64,000 nt of DNA, from assembly GCA_029953675.1 (NCBI GenBank), contig JAMWBK010000009.1, forward strand, positions 62,001 through 126,000, written 5' to 3'. The notes below the pieces were generated by a model, which was not told the DNA's origin, did not search any database, and was given only the letters and a program-made list of their open reading frames with translations. Within the stretch, counting starts at the first letter, position 1, and each line of letters begins with the position of its first letter. A program made the position numbers and the translations under genes. Source of the stretch: Rhodosorus marinus CCMP1338 (Eukaryota; Plantae; Rhodophyta). Of the stretch, positions 22,951-37,300 are shown one piece after another.

Positions 22951-23901
22951 GAAGAGTCTCTGATTTCCAGCTGAGCATGTGTACCCGCATGTCTGCGCAC
23001 GCTTTTGCGGGATGATGCGAGGGAGGGCACTATGCCCGTTCATGGCATGAAAACTTCCTGTATTGTTCTGCACAGCATCTCACGCTCGACGAGCACGCCT
23101 TCCCGTGGGAAGAGAAAACTCAAGAATCCGGCAGCTTTCCTCATACTGCTTCCAGCTATCTTTCGAGGATACGATTCCTCCGGGATCCGAATTGACGAAA
23201 CGCTGCGACTGGGCAAGAAGCTTCCACAACCACATTAGAGTGAAGGACGTTCTGTATGAGAGCTGACGGCCAGCAATTCATCAATACAATATAGTGCGAG
23301 CATCCCTTTTCCTATTCATACACATACTGAGTTGGTTCATCTGGTATTGTACTATCTAGATATTTGCTGGACTCGCAAAGACAAAAACACTCCCGAAGCA
23401 GACTCCGAGGTCGCCCCGAATCCGCGTGCAACAGGATTGCTCTGCTCGAACTCTCCGAGCGCTTGCCGTGGGTTCCGTACGCGATCGCATAAGTTCTATT
23501 GTACGTCGTTTGCAAGCTGGCAGGGCAGTTCTCCGAGCCTCTCAGGAAGCTCGGAAGGCTATAGATTACGAATGGTTGGGGATCAAGAAGCCAAAAATGC
23601 TTCACTGCGACCCTGAGTTTGCTCAGATCCGAATGTACCCGTCTTGTCCAGTTCCAGCAGCCATGAGCCGCAAGACTCCTTCCGCAACAAACCCATTTGC
23701 GATGATTGTAACAAGAGAAAACAGGGCGTTGTGGTCGAAAGACTGAGGGAGCGCACAAGCCTCGTCCAAGACATTGTCCTTGAATTGACAAGCGCTATGG
23801 AGAGAATTTGTTCCAACGAACAGGAGGAGATAGTGTTGTCAGCGAACCGGTTACTCCAAGCGTTGTTCAATGACACGGCATGAAAGGTTCTTATCGTGCA
23901 C

Positions 23902-24868
23902 TTACTCTGCGAGGTACGCCCAAACAGCACCAGCAAGAAGAATAAAAATTGTGCCAGAGGCGAGGACCGCAGCTCCACTGCGCCCCTTCAAGGACTCCGG
24001 TGGACGAATCAATCGAATCAAGGACGCAATCAAAACTATTATCAAGGCCCCAAACATTGCTCCCACAAGTCTGGATTGCAGAGCGTCAGTTACGTATGGG
24101 AGGTCCAGAGTAGTCCCAATTTTCTTTTGCCACACAAATGAAGGAAAAGCAGCAAAGCTCAGCTCTTTCTGTCCGCAAACAACTCGTGAGTTCTACTGAG
24201 CGCTCCTCAACGCTACTACCAAGGCAAGTTCTCGAAAGACAAATACTTACAGGTCCTACAATCATAGCACTGAAGAACAGTGCCACAATATTGACCAGAG
24301 TCAATGCAGTCTTCCAGATCCGGTACCTCATCTCCGGGATTGCCACCAGAGCTAGAAAATTCCGTGTGCACATTTCAAGAAAGTAAAAAGAAGCAAAGTT
24401 CATTAAGAAATGCAATTGGAAGCAATAAAGCGAACGCCCTGAAGGGAAAAGCTTTGCAGGAACCTCGAGGTCGCGTACCGGCTCCAGGAATGCAAACGAA
24501 TAGAGTGGCAATGATGAAGAACGCAGACGCCGTAGCGACTACTTCACTGAACATGCCCTCAAAGGACTGCAGGGCGAGCACGCAGCTAAACGCAGCAGCG
24601 GATTGGAACAAGAAGATTAAAGAAAACGCTCTGGCGATTCCTTCGTGCGCGTATGGGTCTTGTGATCTCGACACCTGCAAAGTGCAAACGCACACAAATT
24701 CAGACACATGCAGATCGGTTGCAAGAGCCTGCGAACGAATTCCGTAACTATTGATACGATGGTATCTATGTGAGCCGCGCTACTTACGACAGCGAAGAAC
24801 AAAATGCACTCCAGTGACAGAGCATACAAACATAAATGAAACGCGTAAGTAGGATCCAGCTCCTTCAT
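23902..24868 (-). CDS. Unknown multi-pass membrane protein with apparent frameshift near 24385
   Basis: Successive hydrophobic ORFs (24617-24868, 24375-24707, 24086-24511, 23902-24135) join via short introns plus a one-base shift in a T5 run. Confidence 0.4.
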
Positions 24869-25565
24869 GATGCCGAAATGTTACGATGAGCTCCGCATTC
24901 AAGATCGAGCAGTCAACCGATCAAGGATCAAGCCGTGTTCCTACAGATGATCTTTCAAAACCGAAAACAAAAGCCTGGGGGCTCCGACTTAAGCCCCTAC
25001 ACCGAAAACCAGCGGGGAATTCTCAAAAGCCCTCATATCTTTTCATCAAGAGGGCCATAAAAAGCTTCCACTAATCAACACCTTTCCTCTTCCAACCCTT
25101 CGAGATCCCTACCCATTCGCAAAAATTAGCAACAACTAGCTCTTTCCCAAAATTGGAATAAATATCTAGACCCATACCAAACCCTACTTCCACCATACTC
25201 AACTACTAAACTGAGCTTGCGATGCATGTAACTGCCTGTCCTTTGAAAACCAGGCTATATTTCCCTCTCTATTTGCGGACACAGAATAAAAGTTGGTCCT
25301 GGATAGCGGGCTTTTGGCACTAGACCTTGGGTGGAGGGGAATTTGATCCTTACGATCAACAACTACGCTATCAAGTGTGACCGCAGGAAACCTCAAAGAC
25401 CGTTATGCTCAGTCGACCAACCTCTCGGATAAAATTTTCGTCCTTTGCTGTTTACGTTGTTCCAATACTTTAGCCACATTCACAGGGTTGGTAATCCTTC
25501 ACTAGGTTTTCAACCCCCGGGGTCACTCCCCGCGGAGAAAATGTACATCGTAGAGTAGGGTCGCG

Positions 25566-25613
25566 AACCTTATGAATTTGAATGTTTAACAAAACATGCA
25601 AATTCATAAGGTT
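25566..25613. other. Intergenic hairpin, 22-bp stem (1 mismatch) with 4-nt loop
   Basis: AACCTTATGAATTTG-a-ATGTTT aaca AAACAT-g-CAAATTCATAAGGTT. Confidence 0.9.
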
Positions 25614-25868
25614 GTTACAGTGTTCTGAACAAACATGCAGTTAATTATGGCTTCGAAGGAAGATACCCGTCTTCAAACAGTAAGTGCTAATGTATATGAC
25701 ATCCTTCCAATCGAGGCGCGTCAAAACGCAAAGATAGTGAGGTTTGCTGATTTCATGCGAGCCAAGTTAGCGGACCGTGCGCAAACCCGTGCCAGCTCCG
25801 CGCAGGGGCATCCCGGACTCACATGCGGTCGGCTTGCAAGCTTCAAGGGCAGCTTTTCAGGCGTTCTC

Positions 25869-28800
25869 CTATCGCTTTGGTTGCCAAGATTCTCCTGGGC
25901 GGTTCGCTCTGATGTGCCCCCTGATATGCGAATCTCGTGTTGGTCTACGCTCTTCATGGCATTGATAAAGACTGTTTCGGTGTTTCACGTCCCGGGATGC
26001 CTCAAATGCATTTTTCGCAGTTTCGAAGAACGTTATTAGTACAGAGGCGCAGCACAAGAAACGAATTCCCAGTGACGAAATATCACGACCACCATAGTTT
26101 ACAAATTCAACTTGTATGTACAGGTAAGTAATCGCTAAGCAGGCTTCGTCACAACGCATCGTCCCATTCGAGTTTGAAGCACAGCGAAAATTACAGCGAG
26201 CTCAGGGAACGTCTTGAAAATCTGGGCTTCACCGTTTGCGTCAATTTTGCAACCGTTCAGCAGCTGCCCTTGCAGTATTCCATCACCAGTCTCGTCCTGC
26301 GTGATTAGAGCTTCAAAATTTTTCGCCAGGGTTTCGGCAGGCATGCTCTGCGAGCTTTGCCACACACGGACAAAGTCCCTGTTGAACAACAGCAAATTTA
26401 CAGAAAAACAACCAAATGAGATAGACCCACCGGCTTCCTAATTCAGAAGCGAGATTGACGGACCGCACCTGCTAGAAACTTTCTCATAAACGGGCTGTAA
26501 ACCGTTCTCCGACAAAAAAGAGCTTTTCTTTGTAACGAGTTTCGCTCGGCTGTCCTCTTCGACTGGCACCATTTTTGCCAGAAACGAACGTGTTGATTCA
26601 ATGCCGTCAGGCGACATGAAGAGGGGGTTGCTGCAAGAAAGATCATTTCTGTATACTTCGTTCGGCTTCATGTCCATAGCTTCAAAGTTCTTCCATGAGT
26701 CTACCTGGGCGTAGGTGAAGTTGCTATCAAAAAGCTGTCCCAAGTTACCGGCCGGAAAAGAGAAACACGAAACGTAGAAACAATGCTCACATGAGTCAGT
26801 TGCAATTGGGGAAAAACTGCAGCAACGTCGAAGAAAACTGGAATTGACTACGAAAATAGTATGCGAGCTGCATTCGCATTGTCAAAATCTCGCCAGGAGA
26901 GGTTCTTCCATACCAACTGTTTGCTGCTGCCCGACTTGACCGTGGTGCTTTCGTACACTTCAACGTCCCCAATTGAAAACAAGTTGGAATATTTGCACGC
27001 ACAACTCGAGTCCCTCTGCCATAGCAATCTCGCGTATCCTGCAACGTTCGTATTTCTCTCCAAGATAGTCAGAAGAGTGGCCATCGCCAAGACCTGTGGT
27101 ATTTTGAGTTTGGAGTGAGTGGCCTTATTTCCCAGTCTTCCTGTTGAAATGGTCATAGCGGTTTGATCGGTACAAGCTCGTGCGCATACCCTAGCCGCGC
27201 AGCCACCGTTCAAGCGTCCTAGGATGGTAGCGTAGTCCTCCTGCGCGGAATAGTAGACCACCTGCTTTGCGAGGAACTCCTTCGTAAGACCTTTAGCCGA
27301 TGCTACAGGTGCGCCTAGCTTCTGCAGAACATATCTGAGCGCTTTTAGCGATGCCTCCTCAACTGCCGTGTCTCCGATATCCTCTTCAAAAGTTAAGTGC
27401 TGGAAAGAAGGTTGAATTGAGAATCAGCAAGCAGGAAAAAGCAGGCTTGGAAAAGCCATACGAATTCTGGCTACGAGAGGTTGTGGAGACGACGGTAACA
27501 AACGCACATCCTCGGCAGTTCATCTGAAATACTTACAGCGTTAGCGGCTGTCAACTCATATGTGCGAGCGATACGCCTACCATCGGAAGTCATATCTTTC
27601 AGTTTCGAATTGAAAAGGACGGTTTGGCTACGAATCGTCCAGGGTGGTGCGCCCATTTGTGTAACCAAAAATCTGTTCTTTGTCATCTCGACCTGCAAGC
27701 AAGGGAAACGGGACGTCAGTGGATTCTGCAAACCAGAATTTCAAGCCGTCGACAACATCGGAGTTCTCTGCCCACGCTGAGCAACATGTCAAGACTTTAT
27801 AGAAGCGAACCTCTTCCGCCATCGGGTCCCCGGCATTCATTATTGTGAATCTCCGGAGTCCCTTTCCGGTACCTTGAGGAGCAACCTCAAAGCTCGTATC
27901 ATTCAGAGACAGGAGCGTCGCCTTTCTCTGCATTTTCACTCGAAGCGCGAGGTCTACATCAGCATATCCAAAAGAAACGATGCGTTCGTCGTAGCTGTTG
28001 GGATTGGATGTACAAGAGAACTCCATGTCAGGGTTCCGTAATTCGAGCGTAATCCGTACCAGGCTCTGAAAGGCACTTGAAACTCACCCATTTACGGCTA
28101 TCAGGTCTATTCTTTTCCCGTATATAAGACCAACAGCATCGGGGCTTTGGATATGGGAGGATTCTTCGGAGGAAGCCCTGTAGAGTATGTCACCTTCCAT
28201 TCGGTGCGTGGTCAGAAAATCCCGCGGTACCAACGTATCACAACCAACCTTGAATACGTGGCTCCTCGAAGCCATTAGAATGGCCACATTGCTGGCAACG
28301 GATTCTTCCCAATTCGATTGGCCCTAACATCCGAGCAGGCAGCGTGATAAAGAGGGGACTCCGGTAAGAAATCTCTCGCGACCAGAAGACTACGAAAGCA
28401 TACTGATGTCAGCTTACCGCGACTGTAACGAACACGATCCGACTATCTGCGAGAATCTCTGGGTAGTCTGCGAAGATTACGTCCACCAAACGTGCCTTTG
28501 AAGACCAATCAACCAATACGACTTCGTCCACGCCACGAACAGCAAGCCAGTTTTTTAGGGACGCAACTACTGAGTCTGGTCCATCTTTACACGCAGCTAC
28601 AACAGAGGTCCCGTTGCGTATCCACCATTCACTCTCGACCTGTTGTAGAGTCCGATTTCTCTAGAGGCAGCAAGACAAATTCGTCAACGGCGTTGTTTCG
28701 AGTGAGTTTCATTGCTAGTGCATCACAACTATATCTTGAACAAAATCATGATCTACTCACCCAATCGCCGTCATCGTACCTCCACCAGGTTTTCGTATAG

Positions 28801-29813
28801 GATCCTATGAAAGGATGGAGTACATAAAAACAATGAGCACACTCAGTTCCCTATCTCTCATACGAACCAGTAGAGCACGTATCTAGTTCTTATCCTCTCA
28901 AAGATAAAGAGCTAGCTCAGGTGAGGTTGCGGCCCTAACCTTCGTTTACTAAGGCATCCGCCACCTCCCATGATAGTAATTGCCACGGGATGACCAGAAG
29001 TCCACCGCATTCCAACTCGCTGCAGACTCCAAAAGCGGTATCCGCGATATCCATTTCAGTTGGATCAGAAGCCGTTGACATTACGGACATTCCGCTGACA
29101 AGACCTCCGGCAATCAAGAAGGAGTCCGATTCGACGCGGGACTCATCTCGAAGTTCTTTCGGCACTGAGTATAGCATACAGACGAGTTGGAAGTTTCAAG
29201 GGAGTAAGAATCCGTCTCCTGTGGCAGGCAACAAGGTCGAACAAGGTTCTGAGCCGTGTTCAATGGCCATTTGGATCGCTACCTTTCGAAGTATCACAGA
29301 GCTGAACGCTTTTCGCTGGCAAAGCAATTCTAAAATCTCCAAGACGTGGAGATCCCCTATACACCTCCTCTACTCTCACAAATAACAATTTCTTGTCCTG
29401 TCAACGAGGATTTCAAACGATTTCAGAGGCGTCCATTGGCGAGGCGCGGGCAGCCTTCTTTTACGCAAACCCACCTTGCTCGGGCCCTCAACTGATGCCT
29501 TGAAAACCGTTCGGGACTTTGCCAGCTGGCTCTTTAGATAAACAACATCGCCGTAACGGGGACACTTGCAGCCGCTCTCAGTAAAACGCATGTTCCACAG
29601 GATGTTGGAAGATCCGCCTTTGGGCAGCAGCAAAACCACCGCTACGAGAACTAGAAACAAAGCAGCCATGACCAATTTCACTCTACTCTGAAACTTAAGC
29701 AAGAATTCTCTATAGATCCTCCTCAAGAGTTTCTTCCATAGTAACAACAGATCTGGATCGCTGTGACTCTGCCCACTGCCACCTGTCGTGGGCAAACTCC
29801 CACCACCACTCAT
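25869..29813 (-). CDS. Type II membrane GT2/GT7-like glycosyltransferase with long C-terminal extension (many exons; 3' end uncertain)
   Basis: N-terminal [22 protein letters not shown]; [30 protein letters not shown]; FKVGCDT; [20 protein letters not shown]; consistent splice chain. Confidence 0.75.
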
Positions 29814-31161
29814 ATTTTCAAATAATCCAAGCTGCCAGCCGGGCAAAGTGCCTCCTTAGCAATCGATTCCTTCTCCCATTGTACCTACAGATCTGCAGAC
29901 TCGACTAGCTCCGCGTTTCTTCCGCAACGGCCGGTCCCGAACTCAACGAACCAACGAAATCTCGGAACAACGAGTACCACCCTAGCTCCTAGACATCCAT
30001 CCTCCTCAATCCTGCCTAAGCGCCTCTGTGCCTCGCACCGCACGGATCAACCAACGATCTACCCTTGGGCTACACCCTGTCAACAACACCCTAGCTCCTT
30101 GAAGTGAAAAAAAAGGAACTGGTCTGCCACACCAACCATAAGTCGTCAAGTTCCCCAAGCGATGACGATATCGGAAAACACACAATTTACATCATATTAA
30201 CGATATAATTTTGGCATAATTTTCTTGCAATAAAATCGAGTAGGATTTGTCAGCATCGTCTCCATCAGCGTGAAAAGTCTCAAGACACGCGCTCATCTTA
30301 CAAGATATCCGCTTCTGGTGTCCTGTATGGAAGACTTTGAGGATTGTGCGTGCGATTCTGTTTTGCTCGCCTGAGCAAATCCCCGTGGAGCAGCGATGGA
30401 AGCCATGGCAAAGGAGCTCTGCGGTAGCGCCTTCAACATTTTGCTGGAGACATGACTCTGGGCGAAAAGGCCGATCTCTGTAAGATTTGCTTTTGAGTTT
30501 TGGAGGACGTTGATATCCAGCAGGCTCAATTCCCAAGTGCGACCATTGCAAAACAATAGTCTCCTACCTACTCCGCATAAGCTTTTTGCTTAGTACCAGC
30601 TCTGAGTACGTGGCCTCGAATCGGAACACCAGCGCTTGAGGGGAGACTCGGAGGCAGTGGTGAGCCTACGTATTGGAGTATAGCAGGTCTTGGTGGGCTG
30701 CTCAATACCCGTTTGTCCGACAGTGGCTGGGGAACCTTCTAGGGGTGCGGCAGACATCAGAAGCAGACTGCTGTACTACCGGAACCTGTGAGCCCCCCTC
30801 AACGGACAGCTGCCCAACGAGGAGAGTTGCGCTTGCGCTGGAATGCAGTATCAAATACATCACTGCCGTAGCCACCGTAGGAATTCCTATAGAACCACGC
30901 CTGCCGCTGTGAGGATTCCTCGCTTACAACAACCAGCACTGTCGGGGCTGACGGGTTAGTCTTTCTGTGCTCGAATTGATTTATTGCTTCCCAATGCAAA
31001 GTTATGCCCTCCTAGTATTCCGTTTGTCGCAAAGACTATACTACCACAACCATCTAGCCCGCTTTCTTGAAAAACTAGCTCGTGTTCGTTGGCCTGACGT
31101 GCAAAGTGGCGCCTGCTGGGCAACGCCGTCACATGAACACAACTTTGAAAACATGAGCTGT

Positions 31162-33472
31162 TCACGTCCCAAAATAACGGTTTGCAAAGTCCCCAACGCC
31201 AGGAACAACATAGCCATCTTTGTTGACTCGTCGATCCACGCTAGAAGTCACTACCTTTATCTGGGAGCACAAACCAGCCATTCCCTTTCAGCACCGGCGA
31301 TAACCGAAACAGAGTAGTTACCATATCTTACTCTAGGATATTTCCCGCAAATCAGAGATAGCCCGTCGGGGCTGGAGATCAAGTTAAGAACCGTTATGTT
31401 GTCCATGGGTACCCCTCTCGAGAGCAACTCTTCGATTGCGCAGGCAACCGTCCCTCCCGTGTCCAACACTGGATCAAGCAGGAGCACATGGAGTCTGCAC
31501 AAAGTTCATTGCAACGACAGAGGAAACCGTCGGGAGAGCGATCACAAAAGGACAAAAGGTCAGATCCCAGAGGTCAGCAACTCCAATTTTGAACACATGG
31601 TCGAGCGATGAATTCAATGCCTTTTGGAGCCCTCATCACACGCACCTATGGATTTCTTGGGGAAGGCTGCAGTAAGCAATCCTCCTGTTCGAACAATCGA
31701 GTTTAGGCCCATCGTTGGCTATCAGCATTTTCCCGATCCGAGCAGTTTTGCAAACGGCTAAGGAACAGAAGAGCATACGGCGAAGGTCTCTAAGCAAAGG
31801 GTGCCAAACTCAAAGCCAAGATCATGCCGCACGGAGTCCTCTGGAAGTCTCCAAATTAGTCGCACCTCTTAAGGATGTCTCCATGGCCTCTCCGCTTCGA
31901 ATGATGCTCACTCCTATTATGCCCTGAACGAACGCTACGCCAAAATAAGGTTCGCCTGTCGGAGTCGTAACAATTTCGCGGTTGAACGGCAGGAGGCCGA
32001 GGCCCCTCTCAACGATGAGCCGGATGAGACGATCCGCGTAGAAGACAAAGTCCTTTTGGGAAAAAGCGAGAAGGAGACATTCCACGTCAACCTCTTAGCG
32101 ATCCGTACCGAGCGGTTGACAGGGAGTATGTAAAAAAAAACAAACGACGGGAATACTCGAATTTGTCTCAAAATTGATCGCATATGTGAACCTCTCTTGA
32201 CACTTCTGTGTTGCGAAATATGGTATGCAGTCCTCTTATCTGCGAGTTGTCCTCAAGTCTGTGCAGTTGCGGATAGAGTTTTCTGAAGTCACCCTCTTGC
32301 TGGAGTTTCAGAGCAATGTGCTGTACAATCAGATTTATGGCGACGTGGTTCCCCCCCCCGCGGGGTACAATTATGTCGGCATGTCTACGAGGAGAGCAGT
32401 CGCCAAGGGGTTAACGATCAATACATTCGAAACACTTATACGTGAGGCTGTCATCCGCTTTTCCGAGCTCTGTGACAGAACAGAACTTACCGTTTCGTTG
32501 GAAAGATGAACTCGTCATATGCAGGCTTGACGAATTTCTCGTACTGACTCAAAACCTGAGATATGGTTCGCCCTCTAAACTCAATATCCCGTCGAATACG
32601 GCGACATAAACAAACATCGGCGTCTTCGTCGACGAAGATTTTCATGTGCATCATCTTGCGAATGAACCTCGGATAAAACGTGAGAATTCCCTCTACAATT
32701 ATAACCTCTGCAGCATTGAGGAGGACAGAAGCAGACCTCTTATGAGTCTTGAAGTCGTACGTTGGAACCTGGAAGAAAAAAACAAGCACGGGAAGAACGT
32801 CAAGATCAGATCAGCTACCGGATCGTCGCTTCTTCGAAGAACGCATGTTCTCACATCGACGGGTTGACCCTTTTGCATCAACTTCAGCACTTGGTACAGA
32901 TAGTTGAAGTCAAAAGCATCCGGGTGATCAAAATTGTAGTCAGAACTGTCAACGTTATCCGGGATTCCTTGGCAGAACCAATCCAACGAAACGAGCACGC
33001 ATCTGTGATCCCCAAGGCCTTGAATGATCTTTTCGCAAACTGTAGTCTTGCCAGATGCAGAAGCGCCAGTGACTCCAATAATGAACGGTTCTACGACGGT
33101 GGACTGCTCCTCTACTCCGAGAACCTGCAATCCACTCTTCGCGGAGTCTCCCTTGGCTTCGGCACTGGCGACTTCCTTACTCAACTCATCAAGCTCTTTC
33201 AAGTCTGCATGCGAGCCTTGAGCTCCGATCGAACCTTCCCGACGATTCCTGGTGGGCGCCGGAACGGTTTTTCATAAATGCTCAGTACTAGCCGATTCCT
33301 GGGCTTCAGCAAGCCATCGCATCACGACCACAAGCTTCTTTGTGCTTTGAATAATCGCATACCAGTCTTCTGATGGACTCGGAGAAACTCTCTCTGGGAG
33401 ATGATCCCGCATGAGCGAGGTGACTCGACTCAGCATTTCCGCATCCCCGATTTTGGCTTCGTTGCTCTCCAT
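31162..33472 (-). CDS. Bifunctional uridine kinase / uracil phosphoribosyltransferase-like protein (UKL/UCKL1 type)
   Basis: IIGVTGASASGKTT, NFDHPDAFDF, IIVEGIL, KIFVDEDAD, FYADRLIRL, GVSIIRSGEAME, VLLLDPVLDTGGT, YVVPGVGDFANRYFGT*. Confidence 0.93.
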
Positions 33473-34319
33473 GGCGGTCTACTCTCACTGCAGGGTTTGC
33501 CTAAACCAGTGCTGTGGGGCCCTGCCTACCTTAATCCAATGAAAACCAGGTTGGATACATGTACCTACTCCATCCTACAAGCAAAATGTCAGCGTTCGTT
33601 CTCAGCGAGAGCCTGCCCGCGCGACCAACACGCCGAACCCGAAACGGTGCAACACTCCGCCTAAGCCTCGTCCTTCTTGAGCATTCAAGGGTCCTCTGTA
33701 TTCGTCGAACTGCACGAGACTACTACTCAAAAGAAAACGAAACCCAATCCGGCACAGTCCGTTGACAACAGGGATTGTAAAATCCTCTCAAACCAATTAA
33801 TTCTCGGATGAGTGCGAACGAGATCAAGTCCACGTCGAGTTCCCAAAAACCGTCGGGTAGGAGACTGTCGGCGTTCGAGTGTTCATGCAAACCCGATATC
33901 TACCAGATTGCATCCGTAGCATGAAAATGACTTTGTCAGAGCTCTGAACTTCTGGAGCCTAATTTCTGTCCCAAACTTTTTCAAGCGCACAGTCCCTACA
34001 GATGAAACCTCTGGGACTGCAGGGAAGGGACGGAGTTTCGCCAGCGCTAGGTATTCGTAGAAATTCTTTCCTAAAAAGTCGTTCCTATCTGTTATTTAGT
34101 GACACTACAAGTATAAGCTCGATCGCAGCACGGGAACCAGAGTCTAGTCAAACGGCTAGAGTGGCCTCTCTGGCACGTTACTAAACAATTGCTTCAGCGG
34201 GGAGCCATCTTCCCTTCGGCAGTAAGCGCTGCCCCAAGCCGGCGACAAAGTGAACTCTTCTAGCGGCCAATTTTCTGTTCACTTCTCTATCTACATTCTT
34301 CTCGCGATCTTGTTTCACG

Positions 34320-37300
34320 TCAGTAATAGGCGGTAGCACCCAAGGCATCCATGTCTGCTGAGTGCTTGATGTACTCCATCTGACGGTGCAGAAAAGGTTT
34401 AGACAAAAGGTTCAGGAAAGCTGCAGCGAGCCTTTGGAGACCAGGTTCTAGCTCAAGAGTGTCCCTCTTCAGCCATACCTCTGCAGTCAATGCCTCTCGC
34501 ACTTCGGCCAATGGACTAACAGGCTTCCTTGGCCGAAGCTTCTGCGCCAGACGCTCGAATCGTGACGTTTCAGTCTCAATATACGACTTGGCCTCGGCAA
34601 CCCAAAAAGCCAGCCTTGACGGGTCCGTTTGATCGATGTCTGTGCAGTTGGTCGGCGGGTTAAACCTAAAATACTTATCGCTAGGCATCAGGTCCTCCAG
34701 TGCATGGTGGGTCTTTGGTGACGATCCAAAAACGGAAATCGATTCAATGAGCTAGTTCATGCTTTTGGCCACTGGTGAGCAATCATGAGTACCTGTTCGG
34801 TTGAGGTCGCGGATGTGATAATCGACCCAAGGAGCTCAGTCCATCCTATCCCGGGGTTCTTCCCACCTTGCCGAGCAATCGACTCCACTCCCGCACTATT
34901 CAAGATTCCGTTTCCGCATGATACTAGCAGCTCTACCGGGACTCCGGGGTAGATACTGTGTGTTTCATGGAGCGCCACCGCGGCTGGATTGTTCGCAACA
35001 ATTGCACCATCAGCATGAACTTCACCTGCCACAACGGGGAAGTAACAAACCGTTTCAGAGGGACTCCAGAAATCATCTGATGTTCCCAGGCCCTGCAAGC
35101 CCGAACTTACCATTGACTCTCATCTCCGTGAAAAATGTGGGTGCAGCGCTAGAGCAGCGAAGCGAAAGCCACAGAGGAACATCCGCGCATCCATAATAAC
35201 GAGAGTCCTCCCCATCAGCTGGGTATGTATAGTTTCTGAACACGTGGGCCAGGACTGTCCGCTGGGGTGTGAGCACTGCACTCACGGCGAACACCTTGGG
35301 ACCTTTCCCGTCCATAGTAGAATCCAGTAGTCTCAGGTCTCCACATTCACGCTGTAGAAGCTGCTCAAACACAGACGTGTCGTAGTACGCGCGCGTAAAT
35401 AACATTTTTGACGAGTTCAGCTGTTCATAATGAGTAGAATCAGAGATTAAAATACCGCGCTAAGTGATTGCGCTTAGATCAAAGCTCCTCGTGGATGCGA
35501 TCTACCCATCGATCATATCTGCTCACCGGATGCTTCGCAAAGATTTTTGTGATCAGTTCTCGATAGAGCGCCTCAACCTCCTCCACGGGCTTCTTCATAA
35601 CGCCCAGCGCTCCTGCAATAATGGCCCCTGTACTAGTCCCACCAATGACGTCAAACCTTTGCAAACCACCAACAGGAAAAGGCAGGGAACGCGAAAACGA
35701 GTTAGCACAAACGGGTGTCCGGTGCGGCTCGCGTGCGTGTGTAGACCGCAAGTCAGTTCTCAGTATCTCACATTTCATGAATTTCACAGCCAGTTATCTT
35801 CTTTAAATGCTTCAGAGCCTCGAAAGTCATCAGGGCCCTCGTTCCACCTCCGTCAATGGATAACACTCGAAGGCCCTTCTGTCCAGGTACACGCGGGGTC
35901 CAACTGTTTACGCCTACGGCGGTGAGACAGGGACGAAGAAAGGAAAGACCGCCATGAACACGCCGGGAGTGTTAGAGGATATCGGCCACGCGATGGTAGC
36001 AACAAGCATTTTTTGCGCGGCGAAGTAATCTTGGTATTCAAGAGATAAGCGAGCGCTGAAGAGGTGCCTCTCAGACGTACCCAAAATCGCCAGTGTTCTT
36101 CTCGCAGATCTAGCGGTTCCTTCTGTTTCTCCATTCTTTACTCCACCCGATAGATGTTCTACACATTCAACGAGCCTTTTGTTCAACGCCAATTTCTTCC
36201 TTTCCTCCTTTCCAACATCGCCGGGTATCAAACCAAGGTAGCCGACGAGATCCACTGCGCTTATTCGAGCCTGGGTCATGTATCCGGTTTCAACGCTGCT
36301 GTTCCCAAAAAGGCGCTGCCACGGGCTTTTTGGAATATAGATGGCGTCCATGATCGTCCCAACGATCGACTCGCTATCCGCCTTGAGGATGTCCACCCGA
36401 GTCGAAGGCATATGCATAGCTATCACTGACAATGCACCTAAAGCACTCGCGTGCCGAGATCCTAAGCCGCGATGAAACACGCACATCGCACAGCCTTAAG
36501 GGAACAAGACCAAAAGATCTGCGATGTTTTGAACAAACGCGACGTACCTACAGATTGCCTTGCAGCAACTACCAACGATCGCACGCCAACAGTCTCGACG
36601 AATTCTCGTGCTGTTTCGACGCTATCGACTTTGCCAGCCTTTTGGATCACGGTCGGGATGTCAAAATTAGACTCTGCGGCAGGGCCTCGCTTTACGGCGT
36701 CCTCTGTGTCTACCCGAGTTCGGGCCTCATCCTCTGTACCGAGGGGAGCTTCTCCTTCATCTCGATCTGCGCACAAAGAAAAAGTAGCCAACGATCCGGC
36801 TTACGAAAGTTAGCAGGAGGCCGCCCAATCCACTTCCCAACAAAAATCACCAAACTGGCCTTCCCCCGCGCAAGTCCATGCACAGAGGAGCTTCTTCCTT
36901 TCCTACCCTTCTCGCTTTCTTTTGCCTCTTTCCTGAATGCGCCTGTAACAAGAGCCACCGGAGCCAAGAACCAGGGCTGAGAGTTTCTTTCGTTTTTCGC
37001 CTCGTCCTCTATTGTGCTCAAGCCGCTGCTCTGCTTTCTCCGCGATCCAGATTCTTGAGTAGCGCCTTTCACTTCGGTGGTCGCTTCCTCATCCACTGAG
37101 AGTGAGAATGTTTGGGCTCTAGTTTAAGCATGGATCATCGAGTGAGGATAAGCCGATCCCGGCCCGAGGCGAACCGGGGCGGTCCAGTGCACAGGTACAG
37201 TTCATACCTCCAACTTCTGCTAGCGGTTTTACATGCTCAACGCGGCCGAACTCCTCGAATAATTCTTTTTGTAGATCGTAAGGGACTACAGTCGCCAGCT

